DNA from: Flavobacteriaceae bacterium
Lineage (GTDB): Bacteria > Bacteroidota > Bacteroidia > Flavobacteriales > Flavobacteriaceae
Direction of reading: 5' to 3'
NCBI GenBank assembly: GCA_965224465.1
Contig: OZ245049.1
Location: 4,230,001 to 4,262,000 of the forward strand
DNA: 32,000 nucleotides
Shown here: positions 16,856-26,092 of the stretch, piece by piece
Position numbering within the stretch: the stretch's first letter is position 1
Layout: each line of letters begins with the position of its first letter
The notes under the pieces: generated by a model
What the model was told of the DNA's origin: nothing
Seen by the model: the letters and a program-made list of their open reading frames with translations, nothing else
Database searches by the model: none
Program-made: the position numbers and the translations under genes

Positions 16856-17461
16856 TTATAGTTTGTCACTAATTACTGTTCTAACGATATCTATAGCAAC
16901 TGTATTGTGCCTATCATTAGGAATAATTATATCTGCATAATTTTTTGTAGGTTCTATAAAGGTTTGATGCATTGGCTTTAAGGTCTCTTGGTATCGCGTT
17001 AAGACCTCGTTTATATCTCTTCCTCGTTCTTGGATATCTCTTTTTATACGACGTATCAATCGTTCATCGGCATCGGCATGGACAAATACTTTGATGTCAA
17101 ATAAGTCGCGAAGTTCTTTATTATTAAATATAAGTATTCCTTCTACGATCAATACTTTCTTGGGGGGAGTTGTAAGTGTTTCTTGAGTTCTATTATGAGT
17201 CACAAATGAATAAACAGGTTGTTCTATTGTTTGTTCTGATTTTAATTTCTTTAAATCAGCAACCAATAGTTCAAAGTCTATAGCATTTGGATGGTCAAAA
17301 TTTATCTGAGTACGTTCATCGTAACTCATTCCTTGAGTGGCTTTGTAATAAGAATCTTGCGAGATTACACAAACTTCGTTTTTGGGTAGTTGATCCAATA
17401 TTTGTCTCACTACGGTTGTTTTTCCACTTCCTGTTCCTCCTGCAATTCCTATGATCAACAT
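16856..17461 (-). CDS. udk: Uridine kinase
   Basis: P-loop IIGIAGGTGSGKTT, then FDHPNAIDF and LIVEGILIF. The start MLIIGIAGG at 17461 is preferred over the ORF track start at 17491. Confidence 0.9.
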   Translation of the reverse strand: MLIIGIAGGTGSGKTTVVRQILDQLPKNEVCVISQDSYYKATQGMSYDERTQINFDHPNAIDFELLVADLKKLKSEQTIEQPVYSFVTHNRTQETLTTPPKKVLIVEGILIFNNKELRDLFDIKVFVHADADERLIRRIKRDIQERGRDINEVLTRYQETLKPMHQTFIEPTKNYADIIIPNDRHNTVAIDIVRTVISDKL

Positions 17462-17602
17462 CTGTTTTGTGTATTTAGTTACAGTGTACAAAATTACGAA
17501 ATTTTACTGCTAGTACGTGATAAAACAGATAAAAATCGATTTAATTTTCGAGTTTTATGTCAGTAAATAAGAATGATTTTTTTGAAAGTATCTTGAAAAA
17601 TG

Positions 17603-17683
<81 letters not shown>

Positions 17684-17786
17684 ATTTATACATTTTCAAA
17701 TAGCCATTAGGGAAAACCCTTTTGGAGTATTCAGTACTATTTCTTGTCTTAACTTGTAAAACAAGAAATAATCTGAATTAATTAAG

Positions 17787-17860
17787 AGCCAATGGAGGGA
17801 CTCGAACCCGCGACCTGCTGATTACAAATCAGCTGCTCTAGCCAGCTGAGCTACATCGGC
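17787..17860 (-). tRNA. tRNA-Thr (TGT), copy 1
   Basis: The reverse complement is GCCGATGTAGCTCAGCTGGCTAGAGCAGCTGATTTGTAATCAGCAGGTCGCGGGTTCGAGTCCCTCCATTGGCT. The anticodon loop is TTTGTAA. There is one C-U mismatch in the T stem. Confidence 0.85.
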
Positions 17861-17934
17861 TTTTTACTTTATTTTAAAGTTAAAGTGAAAACTTTTTCGC
17901 TTATTAAAAACGACTTTTTAAAATTTGAAAAATG

Positions 17935-18015
<81 letters not shown>

Positions 18016-18041
18016 ATTTATACATTTTCAAAATTTCAAAG

Positions 18042-18115
18042 AGCCAATGGAGGGACTCGAACCCGCGACCTGCTGATTACAAATCAGCTGCTCTAGCCAG
18101 CTGAGCTACATCGGC
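18042..18115 (-). tRNA. tRNA-Thr (TGT), copy 2 (identical to copy 1)
   Basis: The 74-nt sequence is identical to 17787-17860. Confidence 0.85.
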
Positions 18116-18148
18116 GTTACTTTATTTTAAAGTTAAAGTGAACTTTTG

Positions 18149-18223
18149 TCGGGGTGGCAGGATTCGAACCTGCGACCTCCTCGTCCCAAACGAGGCGCGA
18201 TAACCGGGCTACGCTACACCCCG
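18149..18223 (-). tRNA. tRNA-Pro (TGG)
   Basis: The reverse complement is CGGGGTGTAGCGTAGCCCGGTTATCGCGCCTCGTTTGGGACGAGGAGGTCGCAGGTTCGAATCCTGCCACCCCGA. The anticodon loop is TTTGGGA. Confidence 0.9.
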
Positions 18224-18243
18224 AGGTGCTTGTTTTGCGAGTG

Positions 18244-18274
18244 CAAATATAGCCACTTTTATGGTTCCTACAAA
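18244..18274 (-). promoter_or_regulatory. Bacteroidota-type promoter for the tRNA cluster
   Basis: The minus strand reads TTTG-N19-TATATTTG (-33 at 18271-18274, -7 at 18244-18251), about 20 nt upstream of the tRNA-Pro 5' end. It matches the published Bacteroides/Flavobacterium TTTG / TAnnTTTG consensus. Confidence 0.5.
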
Positions 18275-18277
18275 CAT

Positions 18278-18619
18278 TTATTCGAAAAATATTTTATAAA
18301 GCCGAGCAATGCTTTTTTCAAGGTCTTGTGTATTGATGTTTCTACTTTTTCTAATGCTTTCTTTTCCATTAAAATACACTAAAATTGTGGGCTCTACGAA
18401 GACAGAATGTGCCGCGCATATTTTTTTTGAAAAAGGTAAATTAATTTGGTAATAACTGATTTTAGGGAATTTTTCTTTGATTAATTTTTTAATTTTTGGA
18501 GCCAATGCTTCGGCAACACCACAAGAAATACTCGAATAGTAGAAGAGCACAGCTTCTTGCTGCGTTGTAATTTGTTTGTATTCTTCCAACGTGTCAATTA
18601 TTTGTTTAGAGGCATTCAT
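18278..18619 (-). CDS. Thioredoxin-fold protein with a single-cysteine (SCGV) motif
   Basis: 113 aa. AVLFYYSSISCGVAEALAPKI aligns with the position of the WCGPC motif, and a cis-Pro-like EPTILVYFNG lies downstream. The gene is divergent from trxB. Confidence 0.7.
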   Translation of the reverse strand: MNASKQIIDTLEEYKQITTQQEAVLFYYSSISCGVAEALAPKIKKLIKEKFPKISYYQINLPFSKKICAAHSVFVEPTILVYFNGKESIRKSRNINTQDLEKSIARLYKIFFE

Positions 18620-18780
18620 TTATATTTATTTTTTTTACAAAGATAAACCTCAAGCGTTAAATCGTGTAACGAATATTACATATAGGCTTTTTTTATACGA
18701 GTATTATAAAAAAAGATTGGAAACCAGTTCTCAAGCGCTAGAAAATTGATAAGTTTGTAGCAGTAATAAAACAAAAAATA

Positions 18781-19728
18781 ATGTCTGATACAATTGAAAG
18801 AATTAAATGCCTTATTATAGGTTCGGGGCCTGCAGGATATACTGCGGCAATATATGCTTCACGTGCTGATTTGAAACCAGTAATGTATACAGGAATGCAA
18901 ATGGGAGGTCAATTAACAACCACAACAGAAGTGGATAATTTCCCTGGATACCCTAAAGGTACTGATGGTACTGCTTTGATGGACGATATGAAAATTCAAG
19001 CGGAACGTTTCGGAACAGATGTTCGTTTTGGCTTGATTACCAAAGTTGATTTTAGTAAAGAGCTAGGAGGAATTCATAAAGTGGAAGTGGATGGTACGAC
19101 CATCATTGAAGCAGAAACTGTGATTATTTCTACGGGGGCTACTGCAAAATACTTAAATATTGAAAGTGAACAACGTCTAATAGGTGGAGGTGTTTCTGCA
19201 TGTGCTACTTGTGATGGTTTCTTTTATAAAAAACAAGATGTTATTGTTGTAGGTGCTGGAGATACCGCTGCAGAAGAGGCTACTTATTTATCTAATATTT
19301 GTAACAAAGTTACTATTTTGGTGCGTAAGGACTATATGAGAGCGTCTAAAGCTATGCAACATAGAGTCGCAAAAACTAAGAATATAGAAGTGTTATACAA
19401 CTCAGAAATTGATGAGGTGTTGGGTGATAATGTAGTGACTGGAGTTCGTGTTGTGAATAATATAACAAACGATACGCACGTGGTTGATGTAACAGGGGTG
19501 TTTATTGCGATAGGGCACAAGCCAAATACTGATATTTTTAAAAATGTATTGGATATGGATGATACAGGATACCTTATTACTCAAGGAAAATCTACAAAAA
19601 CGAATCTGCCAGGCGTGTTTGCAGCAGGTGACGTTCAAGACAAAGAATACCGTCAAGCAGTTACTGCGGCAGGGACAGGATGTATGGCAGCCTTGGATTC
19701 TGAGAGGTATTTGGGCTCGTTAATTTAA
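18781..19728 (+). CDS. trxB: Thioredoxin-disulfide reductase
   Basis: GSGPAGYTAAIY (FAD), redox-active CATCDG, GAGDTAAEEA (NADPH), GVFAAGDV. Confidence 0.95.
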   Translation: MSDTIERIKCLIIGSGPAGYTAAIYASRADLKPVMYTGMQMGGQLTTTTEVDNFPGYPKGTDGTALMDDMKIQAERFGTDVRFGLITKVDFSKELGGIHKVEVDGTTIIEAETVIISTGATAKYLNIESEQRLIGGGVSACATCDGFFYKKQDVIVVGAGDTAAEEATYLSNICNKVTILVRKDYMRASKAMQHRVAKTKNIEVLYNSEIDEVLGDNVVTGVRVVNNITNDTHVVDVTGVFIAIGHKPNTDIFKNVLDMDDTGYLITQGKSTKTNLPGVFAAGDVQDKEYRQAVTAAGTGCMAALDSERYLGSLI

Positions 19729-19757
19729 ACCGATATCATACTATAAATTAAAGGAAA

Positions 19758-19784
19758 ACTCAGACTTCGGTCTGAGTTTTTTTT
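19758..19784 (+). terminator. Intrinsic terminator after trxB
   Basis: ACTCAGAC-TTCG-GTCTGAGT followed by TTTTTTT. Confidence 0.8.
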
Positions 19785-19867
19785 ATGCAAATGTTTTCGT
19801 GAAATAGTAATAAATTAAAGGCTTATAAAAATGTAAAAGAGTAGTTTTGCTTGCTTAATCAAATATT

Positions 19868-21451
19868 ATGGATTTATTCTCGAATAGTTATTTTGTACTT
19901 TTTTTAATCATTGTAATTGGCTTTGTTTTAGGTCGCATAAAAATCAAAGGTATTTCTTTAGATGTATCAGCAGTAATTTTTGTGGCCTTGGTGTTTGGGC
20001 ATTATGGAGTGACCATCCCTAAAGACTTTCAATATTTGGGCTTGGTTCTTTTTATCTTTACGATTGGAATTCAGGCAGGTCCTAGTTTTTTTGAATCTTT
20101 TCGAATGAATGGGAAGGAGTTGGGGCTATTGGCAGGAATTTTAATTATTTCCGCTTCTTTAGTTACGTTTGCAGTGTATTATTTCTTTGGGATTGATAAA
20201 AATTTAGCCATTGGTTTATTGGCAGGTTCCCTAACAAGTACTCCTGGATTAGCCGCAGCAATTGATGCGACAGGTTCTCCCTTGGCTTCTATTGGTTACG
20301 GTATCGGCTATCCTTTTGGTGTTATTGGAGTTATTTTATTTGTGAGTTTTTTACCAAAAATATTACGTGTCAATATTTTAGAAGAGGAGCAAAAATATAA
20401 AGATGAGCTACAAGAAGGGTTTCCAGAAATTGTTCGTCAGTATTTTGTAGTAGAAAACGAGAAAGTATTAGGGAAGAGTTTGGCAGAATTGAATGTTCGT
20501 TTTATGACCAAGGCTGTAATCTCTAGAATTATGCAAGGTGATGTAGTGTTAGCGCCTTCTCCAGAAATTATATTTAAAAAAGGAGATATAATTCGTGCCG
20601 TGGGAACCAAAGATTCATTGGAGCGTATTCAATTATTAATGGGGTCTCCTACAGATAAAGAGATACCTCAAAACACGAATATTGAAGTGAGATCAGTATT
20701 GGTGACCAATAAAAATGTGGTGAATAAAACATTGGGACAACTGAATATATTTACTGCTTTTAATGCTACAATTACACGCATTCGTAGGTCTGGAATTAAT
20801 TTGTTACCAAAACCTTCTGCTAAGTTACAGTTTGGTGATAAGTTAGTTATAGCTTGTGATAAAGAACATATGAAATTGGTAACACGCTTTTTTGGAGATG
20901 ATGATAAAAAATTATCAAACACAGATTTTTTACCGATCGCTACAGGAATTATATTGGGGATATTGGTAGGTAAATTGAGCATTAATATGGGAAATTTCTC
21001 CTTTAGTTTAGGGTTGACAGGTGGTATTTTGTTGGTGGCACTGGTATTAGGTAGAACAGGAAAAACAGGACCAATTATGTGGACCATGACCGGGGCAGCA
21101 AATCAATTGTTACGCCAGTTTGGATTGTTGTTTTTCTTAGCTGCTGTTGGAACAAGTGCTGGGTCTAGCTTGGTGTCTACATTTCAAGAGTATGGCGTGG
21201 AGCTGTTTATGTATGGAATAGTCATCACTTTATTGCCCATGATTTTGACTACAATTGTTGCTCGTACATTTTTTAAAATGAATTTGTTAACCTTGTTGGG
21301 AACATTAACAGGAAGTATGACCAGTACCCCTGGATTGGCTACAGTGGATAATATGGTTGATACAGATGCGCCAGCTGTTGCTTATGCAACGGTGTATCCA
21401 ATTGCCATGGTCTTATTGATTATTGTGATACAAATATTGACAATGTTGTAA
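19868..21451 (+). CDS. Putative transporter of the AAE (AspT/YidE/YbjL) family with two central RCK_C/TrkA_C domains
   Basis: 527 aa with duplicated membrane halves. Both halves carry G..TSTPGLA (SLTSTPGLAAA / SMTSTPGLATV). The central soluble repeats are KSLAELNV...GDIIRAVG and KTLGQLNI...GDKLVIAC. Confidence 0.75.
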   Translation: MDLFSNSYFVLFLIIVIGFVLGRIKIKGISLDVSAVIFVALVFGHYGVTIPKDFQYLGLVLFIFTIGIQAGPSFFESFRMNGKELGLLAGILIISASLVTFAVYYFFGIDKNLAIGLLAGSLTSTPGLAAAIDATGSPLASIGYGIGYPFGVIGVILFVSFLPKILRVNILEEEQKYKDELQEGFPEIVRQYFVVENEKVLGKSLAELNVRFMTKAVISRIMQGDVVLAPSPEIIFKKGDIIRAVGTKDSLERIQLLMGSPTDKEIPQNTNIEVRSVLVTNKNVVNKTLGQLNIFTAFNATITRIRRSGINLLPKPSAKLQFGDKLVIACDKEHMKLVTRFFGDDDKKLSNTDFLPIATGIILGILVGKLSINMGNFSFSLGLTGGILLVALVLGRTGKTGPIMWTMTGAANQLLRQFGLLFFLAAVGTSAGSSLVSTFQEYGVELFMYGIVITLLPMILTTIVARTFFKMNLLTLLGTLTGSMTSTPGLATVDNMVDTDAPAVAYATVYPIAMVLLIIVIQILTML

Positions 21452-21468
21452 AAAAAACAAAAAATAAA

Positions 21469-21499
21469 TTTGCATATTTAAAAATAGATGTTACATTTG
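21469..21499 (+). promoter_or_regulatory. Bacteroidota-type promoter of the trp operon leader
   Basis: TTTG (21469-21472) - 19 nt - TACATTTG (21492-21499). Confidence 0.5.
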
Positions 21500-21529
21500 T
21501 CATATCTAAATTAAAGTAGATAAACAACA

Positions 21530-21589
21530 ATGACAAGAAATACAAACATATGGTGGTGGAACTCTCTTAATCAAACAAGCGAGCAATAA
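21530..21589 (+). CDS. trp operon leader peptide, 19 aa (MTRNTNIWWWNSLNQTSEQ)
   Basis: Too short for the ORF track. ATG at 21530, three consecutive TGG codons at 21551-21559, TAA at 21587-21589. It sits between the promoter and a terminator directly upstream of trpE. Confidence 0.7.
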   Translation: MTRNTNIWWWNSLNQTSEQ

Positions 21590-21616
21590 CCTCTATATAT
21601 AAACTATATAAATTTA

Positions 21617-21650
21617 AAAAGGACTTATCTCGCGATAAGTCCTTTTTTTT
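21617..21650 (+). terminator. Attenuator terminator 8 nt upstream of the trpE start
   Basis: AAAAA-GGACTTATC-TCGC-GATAAGTCC-TTTTTTTT: 9-bp stem (21621-29 / 21634-42), extendable by A-U pairs, followed by a T8 tract. Confidence 0.8.
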
Positions 21651-21658
21651 GTGCAATT

Positions 21659-23050
21659 ATGAAAAAAATAAAATACACCACTACCGTAAAAAATCAACTT
21701 TCGGATACGATCACTCCGGTTAGTTTGTACACAAAAATTAGAGATAAATTTCCGAACACATTATTGTTGGAAAGTTCCGATTATCACAGCAAGGAGGAGA
21801 GTTTTTCCTTTATATGTATTGAGCCTTTGGTGACTTTTAAAGTAGACAACGGTGTTTTTTCTTACGAAAAAGATACTGTGATTGAAGCAACAGAAACGAT
21901 AGACGGTAATTTTTATGAAATTTTTGAACGCTATAAGAAAACTATTGATGTAAGCTGTGACGATAAAGTGGCTGCTTTTAATGGCTTTTATGGCTATATT
22001 TCTTTTGATGCTGTTCAGTATTTTGAAAAGATACAATTTTCATCTAAAAAAGCACCTTCTGATATTCCAGAATTTCAGTTTAGCTTTTTTAAATACATTA
22101 TTTCAATCAATCATTTTAATGATGAAATGACCTTGATAGAAAACGTAAAGGAAGGTGAATTGCCTAGCATAGAAAAAATACAAACATTAATTAATACACA
22201 GGCATTTCCATTGTATGACTTTTCTATGGTGGGAGAAGAAAAATCAAATTGTACAGATGCTGAATTCAAAGAGTATGTACGTAAAGGAAAACAGCATTGT
22301 AAACGGGGTGATGTATTTCAATTGGTGTTGTCACGACAGTTTCAACAAGGGTTTGAGGGAGACGAATTTAATGTGTATAGAGCACTGAGATCCATCAACC
22401 CATCTCCTTATTTGTTTTATTTTGATTATGGAAATTTCAGACTCATGGGATCCTCTCCAGAAGCGCAAATTAAGGTCAATGCCACTAAAACTATTATCAA
22501 TCCTATTGCAGGTACTTTTAGACGTACTGGAAATATGGCGGAAGACATACTCTTGGGAGAGAAGTTGTTAAAAGATAAAAAAGAGAATGCAGAGCATGTG
22601 ATGCTCGTAGATTTGGCTCGAAACGATTTGAGCAAACATGCCAGTGATGTTAAAGTCAGTGTTTTTAAAGAGGTACAGTATTTTAGCCATGTAATTCATT
22701 TGGTTTCTACCGTAGAGGGAACTCCTAAAGGCGATGCTATAAAAATTGTTGGTGATACGTTTCCTGCCGGTACTTTGAGCGGAGCTCCAAAATACAAGGC
22801 GATGGAGTTAATAGATACTTACGAAAATCAAACACGTGGTTTTTATGGAGGTGCTGTTGGTTTTATCGGTTTAAAAAACGAGGTGAATCTAGCCATTGCC
22901 ATTCGTTCTTTTGTGAGTAAAAACAATGTATTGTATTCACAAGCAGGAGCTGGAATTGTAATCAGTTCAAGTGAAGAAAGTGAATTGCAAGAAGTAAATA
23001 ATAAATTGGCCGCCTTAAATAAGGCATTGACATTGGCAGAAAATATATAA
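21659..23050 (+). CDS. trpE: Anthranilate synthase component I
   Basis: 463 aa: LLLESS (Trp-feedback region), NPSPYLFYF, GTLSGAPK, GFYGGAVGF. Confidence 0.95.
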   Translation: MKKIKYTTTVKNQLSDTITPVSLYTKIRDKFPNTLLLESSDYHSKEESFSFICIEPLVTFKVDNGVFSYEKDTVIEATETIDGNFYEIFERYKKTIDVSCDDKVAAFNGFYGYISFDAVQYFEKIQFSSKKAPSDIPEFQFSFFKYIISINHFNDEMTLIENVKEGELPSIEKIQTLINTQAFPLYDFSMVGEEKSNCTDAEFKEYVRKGKQHCKRGDVFQLVLSRQFQQGFEGDEFNVYRALRSINPSPYLFYFDYGNFRLMGSSPEAQIKVNATKTIINPIAGTFRRTGNMAEDILLGEKLLKDKKENAEHVMLVDLARNDLSKHASDVKVSVFKEVQYFSHVIHLVSTVEGTPKGDAIKIVGDTFPAGTLSGAPKYKAMELIDTYENQTRGFYGGAVGFIGLKNEVNLAIAIRSFVSKNNVLYSQAGAGIVISSSEESELQEVNNKLAALNKALTLAENI

Positions 23051-23100
23051 TAGCGTTTTTGACAGTGATTAAAGACATTCAAACGATCAAAAAAAAAGAA

Positions 23101-23679
23101 ATGAAGATTTTAATACTAGATAATTACGACTCGTTTACCTATAATTTGGTGCACATGGTCGAAGATATTACAGGCACATACCCTGCAGTTTTTAGAAATG
23201 ATGAAATTAGCATTGCGGAAGTAGGCGCGTATGATTTGATTATTTTATCTCCAGGTCCTGGGATTCCTGAAGAGGCAGGGATTTTAAAAGAGGTGATCAA
23301 AGTTTATGCAGGTAAAAAACCAATTTTTGGAGTTTGCTTGGGATTGCAAGCGATTACAGAAGTTTTTGGAGGACGTATAGAAAATATGGATGAGGTATTT
23401 CACGGAGTGGCTACTACCATGTTTCAGACCGGTAAAGAAGCGGTGGTTTACAAAGGAATTCCTAAACAATTTGAGGCAGGACGTTACCATTCTTGGATTT
23501 CAAAAATAGAGGATTTCCCTTCAGAACTAGAAATTACAGCGATAGATGATGATGGGGGGATTATGTCTCTACAGCATAAAGCATATAATATAAGTGCTGT
23601 GCAGTTTCATCCAGAATCTATTTTAACACCCTTAGGAAAACAGATAGTACAAAATTTTATTGACGCAAATTCTAATTAG
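23101..23679 (+). CDS. trpG: Anthranilate synthase component II (glutamine amidotransferase)
   Basis: MKILILDNYDSFTYNL, GVCLGLQA (catalytic Cys), VQFHPES. The ORF track start at 23059 adds 14 residues that do not fit the family. Confidence 0.92.
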   Translation: MKILILDNYDSFTYNLVHMVEDITGTYPAVFRNDEISIAEVGAYDLIILSPGPGIPEEAGILKEVIKVYAGKKPIFGVCLGLQAITEVFGGRIENMDEVFHGVATTMFQTGKEAVVYKGIPKQFEAGRYHSWISKIEDFPSELEITAIDDDGGIMSLQHKAYNISAVQFHPESILTPLGKQIVQNFIDANSN

Positions 23680-23681
23680 AG

Positions 23682-24668
23682 ATGAAGGTAATTTTAAATA
23701 AGTTATTTGCTCATGAGCATTTGACAGCACAAGAAGCTAAGGAAATATTAATCAGAATTGCTAAAAACGAGTTTAATTCTTCTCAAATAGCCTCTTTTTT
23801 AACCGTTTTTTTGATGAGATCATTATCGGTAAACGAGTTGATTGGTTTTAGAGATGCCTTATTAGAATTGGCAATAAAAATTGATCTTTCAGATTTCAAT
23901 ACCATTGATCTATGTGGGACAGGTGGTGATGGTAAGGATACGTTTAATATTTCTACACTCACCTCGTTTATTGTAGCTGGTGCTGGATATAAAGTAGCAA
24001 AACATGGAAATTATGGTGTGTCTTCTACCTGTGGTTCTTCTAATATGTTAGAACATCTAGGCTATGAATTTACCAATAATGAAACAGTGTTAAAACGTCA
24101 ATTGGACAAGGCTAATATTTGTTTTTTACATGCACCTTTGTTTCATCCAGCTATGAAAGCAGTAGGGCCAATACGTAGAGAACTAGGCTTAAAAACCTTT
24201 TTTAATGTACTGGGACCTCTTGTAAATCCTAGCCAACCGAAAAATCAAATGGTGGGCGTTTTTAACATGGAAATTGCACGTTTATACGGCTATTTAATGC
24301 AAAAATCTTCTCGTAATTATAAGGTGGTTCACAGTTTTGATGGTTATGACGAAATCTCATTGACAAGTAAGTTTACGATTATTTCAAACCAAGGCACACG
24401 TATTTATACTCCTGAAGAAATTGGTTTTAAACGCTTGGATCAAGAGGCTATTGTAGGGGGGGCTTCCGTCGCTGCATCAGCAAAAATATTTAAGAATATT
24501 ATTGAAGGAAATGGAACAGATGCTCAAAACAATGTGGTGTTGGCAAATACTGTTTTTGCCATTCAAACCATTGCTCCAACTTGTTCTTTTGAACAGGCGT
24601 ATGAACAAGCAAAAGATTCCTTATTAGGATTAAAAGGCGCCAAGTGTCTCACCAATTTATTAGCATAG
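23682..24668 (+). CDS. trpD: Anthranilate phosphoribosyltransferase
   Basis: DLCGTGGDGKDTFNIST, KHGNYGVSS, and its position in the trp operon. Confidence 0.93.
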   Translation: MKVILNKLFAHEHLTAQEAKEILIRIAKNEFNSSQIASFLTVFLMRSLSVNELIGFRDALLELAIKIDLSDFNTIDLCGTGGDGKDTFNISTLTSFIVAGAGYKVAKHGNYGVSSTCGSSNMLEHLGYEFTNNETVLKRQLDKANICFLHAPLFHPAMKAVGPIRRELGLKTFFNVLGPLVNPSQPKNQMVGVFNMEIARLYGYLMQKSSRNYKVVHSFDGYDEISLTSKFTIISNQGTRIYTPEEIGFKRLDQEAIVGGASVAASAKIFKNIIEGNGTDAQNNVVLANTVFAIQTIAPTCSFEQAYEQAKDSLLGLKGAKCLTNLLA

Positions 24669-24674
24669 ATAAAC

Positions 24675-25466
24675 ATGACTATATTAGATAAAATTATCGC
24701 AGAAAAGCGAAAGGAGGTTGCTGTATTAAAAGAAAAAATAAGTATTTCAACATTGGAAAAGTCTCCTTTTTTTAAAAGGGATACACTTTCTTTAGAAACG
24801 TCTTTGTTGGCAGCAAATAGTACTGGAATTATTGCTGAATACAAAAGAAAATCTCCTTCGAAAGGATTGATTAACGGAATAAATACGATCCAAGAAGTAA
24901 CATTAGGGTATTTGGATGCCGGTGTAGCTGCTCAATCTATATTGACGGATACTTCTTTTTTTGGGGGCTTAAATGATGATTTATTAAGCGCAAGAGTCCT
25001 CAATAAATCGCTGCCAATTCTCAGGAAAGATTTTATGGTGGACGAATTTCAAATTGTTGAGAGTAAGGCAATGGGAGCAGATGTTATTTTACTGATTGCT
25101 GCTTGTTTAACGCGACAAGAACTGAAAAATTTTGGTGCTTTGGCAACAGATTTAGGATTGAGTGTTTTATACGAAGTACACAGTCAAGAGGAATTAGATA
25201 AAATAGAGTTGCAGGATAAAATTATAGGCATCAATAATCGAAATTTAAAGACTTTTGAAGTAGACTTAGAACATTCCATTCAGTTGGCGAGTCAAATTCC
25301 AGATAGCTGTATCAAAGTTTCTGAAAGTGGAATTAGCAGTCCTCAAACTATTTTAGACTTGAAAAAACATGGTTTTAAAGGGTTTTTAATCGGAGAAAAC
25401 TTTATGAAAACAACAAATCCTGGAGCGGCTTGTAAGGCGTTTATCCAACAATTAGACCGCTCATGA
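24675..25466 (+). CDS. trpC: Indole-3-glycerol-phosphate synthase
   Basis: IAEYKRKSPSKG, LRKDFMVDEFQI, GINNRNLKTFEVD. Confidence 0.93.
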   Translation: MTILDKIIAEKRKEVAVLKEKISISTLEKSPFFKRDTLSLETSLLAANSTGIIAEYKRKSPSKGLINGINTIQEVTLGYLDAGVAAQSILTDTSFFGGLNDDLLSARVLNKSLPILRKDFMVDEFQIVESKAMGADVILLIAACLTRQELKNFGALATDLGLSVLYEVHSQEELDKIELQDKIIGINNRNLKTFEVDLEHSIQLASQIPDSCIKVSESGISSPQTILDLKKHGFKGFLIGENFMKTTNPGAACKAFIQQLDRS

Positions 25467-26092
25467 AATTAAAAGTTTGTGGCATGCGTAATGCAGAAAA
25501 TATAAAGGAGTTAGTCCAGTTAAAACCAGATTATATTGGTTTTATTTTCTATGAAAAATCAAGTAGAAATGTGACGGATTTCCCTGAGGTTGAAATTCCT
25601 TCTTCGATTAAAAAAGTGGGGGTGTTTGTAAATGCATCATTGGAATATGTAAGCAATATTGTAAGGAAGAATTCCTTGGATTGTGTCCAGTTACATGGTG
25701 ATGAGACCGCTGCATATTGCAAGGGATTGAAAGCAATGATGGCTGCTAAAACACAAATAATAAAAGCATTTCCTGTAGGGGAGTCTTTTGATTTTGAAAA
25801 GTTAGAGGCGTTTGATGCTTATGTGGATTGTTTCTTGTTTGATGCTAAGGGAGAAAAAGTTGGAGGGAACGGAGTGGTGTTTGATTGGAATTTATTACAA
25901 AAAAACATGTCTAAGAAACCCTTTTTATTGAGTGGTGGATTGGGAGAGGACTCTGTGAGTGAACTTCAAAAGTTTATGAAAACCTCTCTCGCTGATACGT
26001 GTATTGGTTGGGATGTAAATAGTAAGTTTGAAATACGTCCAGGGTTTAAAAATATAGATAAGATTAAAGAATTTAAAAATAAGTTGGTATGA
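25463..26092 (+). CDS. trpF: Phosphoribosylanthranilate isomerase
   Basis: [33 protein letters not shown]. It overlaps the trpC stop by 4 bp (ATGA). Confidence 0.9.
   Translation: MKLKVCGMRNAENIKELVQLKPDYIGFIFYEKSSRNVTDFPEVEIPSSIKKVGVFVNASLEYVSNIVRKNSLDCVQLHGDETAAYCKGLKAMMAAKTQIIKAFPVGESFDFEKLEAFDAYVDCFLFDAKGEKVGGNGVVFDWNLLQKNMSKKPFLLSGGLGEDSVSELQKFMKTSLADTCIGWDVNSKFEIRPGFKNIDKIKEFKNKLV

Noticed and set aside
20668-21087. 139-aa minus-strand ORF
   Set aside because: It is antisense within the AAE-family transporter gene and has no family features.
21561-21575. GGAACTCTCTTAATC (just after the Trp codons) as the antiterminator partner of the terminator right arm
   Set aside because: The pairing is weak and bulged. 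The segment would also be buried in a ribosome stalled at the TGG codons, which is the opposite of what attenuation logic needs. The 21579-21592 / 21620-21633 pairing fits better.
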